64,000 nucleotides of DNA from Fistulifera solaris (Eukaryota): positions 1,240,001 to 1,304,000 of the forward strand of contig AP026131.1 in NCBI GenBank assembly GCA_030295235.1, given 5' to 3'. The translations under genes were made by a program, and so were the position numbers. Positions 62,191 through 64,000 of this stretch are shown piece after piece (position 1 is the first letter of the stretch; each line of letters opens with the position of its first letter). A model generated the notes under the pieces. That model ran no database searches. It was not told the DNA's origin and saw nothing but the letters and a program-made list of their open reading frames with translations.

Positions 62191-62520
62191 CAATAAGCAC
62201 CAATAGTTATCATTTTGAAGAAATAGCAAATGAAAGACTAGAGACCCCCTAGCCCCTAGCTGGGTGCGGAGTCCTCGAGAGGAATCTGGAGTTTGGAAGG
62301 TGTATAAACGTCATGAATTATCTCGTACACAATAAGGTTATACGGAATATTTCTCAACGCACGCGTGCTATACGGCAAGGTATACGGTACTTTGTATACT
62401 ACTCCGTATTACGGTATGTAAAACTTCCGCATTGCAGCACTGACCATGACAATCACTATATCCCTTGGACGCCTTTGTTCGTTCATCATTGATCAACGAT
62501 AGCTAACAAAGTTAGTAAAA

Positions 62521-64000
62521 ATGGGAAAGTCCGGCATTGGCTTTATCGAAAGTCACATCACGACGGTGCGGCACGGCGATACCTTCGAACGAACCTGCCG
62601 CTACTGCCCCGCGACGCGGAAAAGCCAGCAATTGCAAGCGCCCCGCTGGGCGGTGCACTTTATTGAATGCGCCAATTGTCCGCGGGCAGTGAAAGTGGAA
62701 GCCTATCAAAGGTATCCTGCCAGCAAGGAAGTGAAAGCGGCCGCAATTGCAGCCAACATTTTGTGCGAGACGACGGGAAAAATCATCGACCCTCATTCGC
62801 AAGATGTTGCCTTGAGCATGGTGTCTTTGAGTGCGCCGCGCATCTCGGCCGCGAGAAAAGAGAGATCACCGGCGCCCAAGAAGCAAAAGACATTAATGGA
62901 GGCCTATGATCAGAAATGTCCTCCAGCGCAAGCGGCACGCATCCGTGAAAAAGTTACGGCCTTTTTGATGGAAGCGGGCATTTCCATCAATGCCGTCGAA
63001 ACACCTTCGTTCGGTGAACTGCTGCAAGAGCTCAATCCGGACTTTGCTCCTTTGATGGTCCCGGCGCGGCAGTTGTTGCGTCAGGATTTGGTGCGCTATT
63101 CCGACCAGATTCGAGAGACCATCCAGTTGGCCATGACAAGACAGCCCGAAAAGTACACGACGCTAGGCATTGACAGTTTTGTCAATGAGAACGGGGATCA
63201 AGTGTACATCTTTACCGCCGCCAAAGGCGACAAAGTGTTGTTTGTGGATTGTGTCTACATGACCAAAGAATGGCAAAGTGAACAAGAAATCGCCCGCATC
63301 ATTCTGGCACAGCTCCGTGCCGTGGCGAATGGGCAACCGGTCGAGGCCGTCGTGGGAGGTTTCGTCTTCGATCCCACCAAAGTGGATCCAGCCGCTGGGA
63401 AAATCGTTCAAGAGGAGTTTTCCAAGTTGGTGGTTTCGGGATGCTGCACGCACGCGGCGGATCTTCTCGTGGAAGAGTTTGCCAAGATTCGCGTGATTCA
63501 GGAAACGGTGGAGGACGGTTTCTTTGTGGCCAAGTTTGTGAAAGAACACGATCGGGTCAAGATCCTGTACAAAGATCATTTGATCAAATTAGGCAAGGGA
63601 ACACCCCAGAATCCCACCGCCCACACGCGCTTCGCTTATTGCGATCATACTCTCAAGCATGTATTGGGGGAGAATTGCTGCAACATCAAAATTATGCGGA
63701 GTTTGATTTCGGATCCTGCGTGGGATGAGGTTGTCAGTACGATGGACCAAGACGAGGTATCGAAATTCGTCCGTTTGATCAAAGGAGCGGACAGTCATTC
63801 TTTCATGAAACGAGTTGATGCCGTGCAGATGCTTGCTTCGACAGTGGCTGTATTCATTGCGCATATCGAGAGACGCAGTCTTCGAGGAAGCTGGATCATT
63901 CCTCTCTTTGAGGCTTTCGAAAAGGATCTCTGGTACTGGCAAAATGAGCCTAGTGTTTCCCTCATCCTTGGGGTTGAGGCATGTGAGGCTGTCTTGACTG
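62521..64000 (+). CDS. BED-zinc-finger / hAT-like (DUF659-type) transposase or transposase-derived gene; frameshifted, runs off the window
   Basis: Manual translation: TCRYC...RWAVHFIECANCP (BED-like), GISINAVETPSFGELLQELNP, TLGIDSF, FVFDP, GCCTHAADLLVEEF (CxxH), HTRFAY; absent from the ORF track because it has no stop in the window. Confidence 0.82.
   Translation, partial: MGKSGIGFIESHITTVRHGDTFERTCRYCPATRKSQQLQAPRWAVHFIECANCPRAVKVEAYQRYPASKEVKAAAIAANILCETTGKIIDPHSQDVALSMVSLSAPRISAARKERSPAPKKQKTLMEAYDQKCPPAQAARIREKVTAFLMEAGISINAVETPSFGELLQELNPDFAPLMVPARQLLRQDLVRYSDQIRETIQLAMTRQPEKYTTLGIDSFVNENGDQVYIFTAAKGDKVLFVDCVYMTKEWQSEQEIARIILAQLRAVANGQPVEAVVGGFVFDPTKVDPAAGKIVQEEFSKLVVSGCCTHAADLLVEEFAKIRVIQETVEDGFFVAKFVKEHDRVKILYKDHLIKLGKGTPQNPTAHTRFAYCDHTLKHVLGENCCNIKIMRSLISDPAWDEVVSTMDQDEVSKFVRLIKGADSHSFMKRVDAVQMLASTVAVFIAHIERRSLRGSWIIPLFEAFEKDLWYWQNEPSVSLILGVEACEAVLT

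Overview
Eukaryotic nuclear DNA from a gene-dense genome, very probably a diatom. Evidence: short GT-AG introns, bipartite plastid-targeting leaders with A-F/A-W cleavage motifs, and CoDi-type Copia elements. Many genes carry single-base frameshifts that look like long-read consensus errors. 1-46 kb is housekeeping and hypothetical genes: amino-acid permease, globin, TMTC-like, DIS3/RRP44, B3GNTL1/QTGAL-like, PPR-like, phosducin-like, GrpE, acyl-CoA oxidase, RAD50, GNAT, DUF4336, UROD, thioredoxin-like, HisRS and ankyrin-like. It also holds a 290-bp tandem array at about 19-20.4 kb. 46.8-64 kb is a transposon nest. A minus-strand Copia element B (46849-61675, TSD CTGAT) has non-canonical TA...TA LTR ends. 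A plus-strand Copia element A inserted into B's 3' LTR, is followed by a tandem partial copy, and is then joined to B's truncated RNase H. A 475-bp MITE and a BED-finger/hAT-like transposase follow. Most notable: both divergent Copia families have the same 14-nt primer-binding site, GATTAACAGTCGCA, directly against the LTR. It is complementary to the anticodon stem-loop (nt 27-40) of tRNA-Asn(GUU) rather than a tRNA 3' end, which suggests priming by a tRNA-Asn half.
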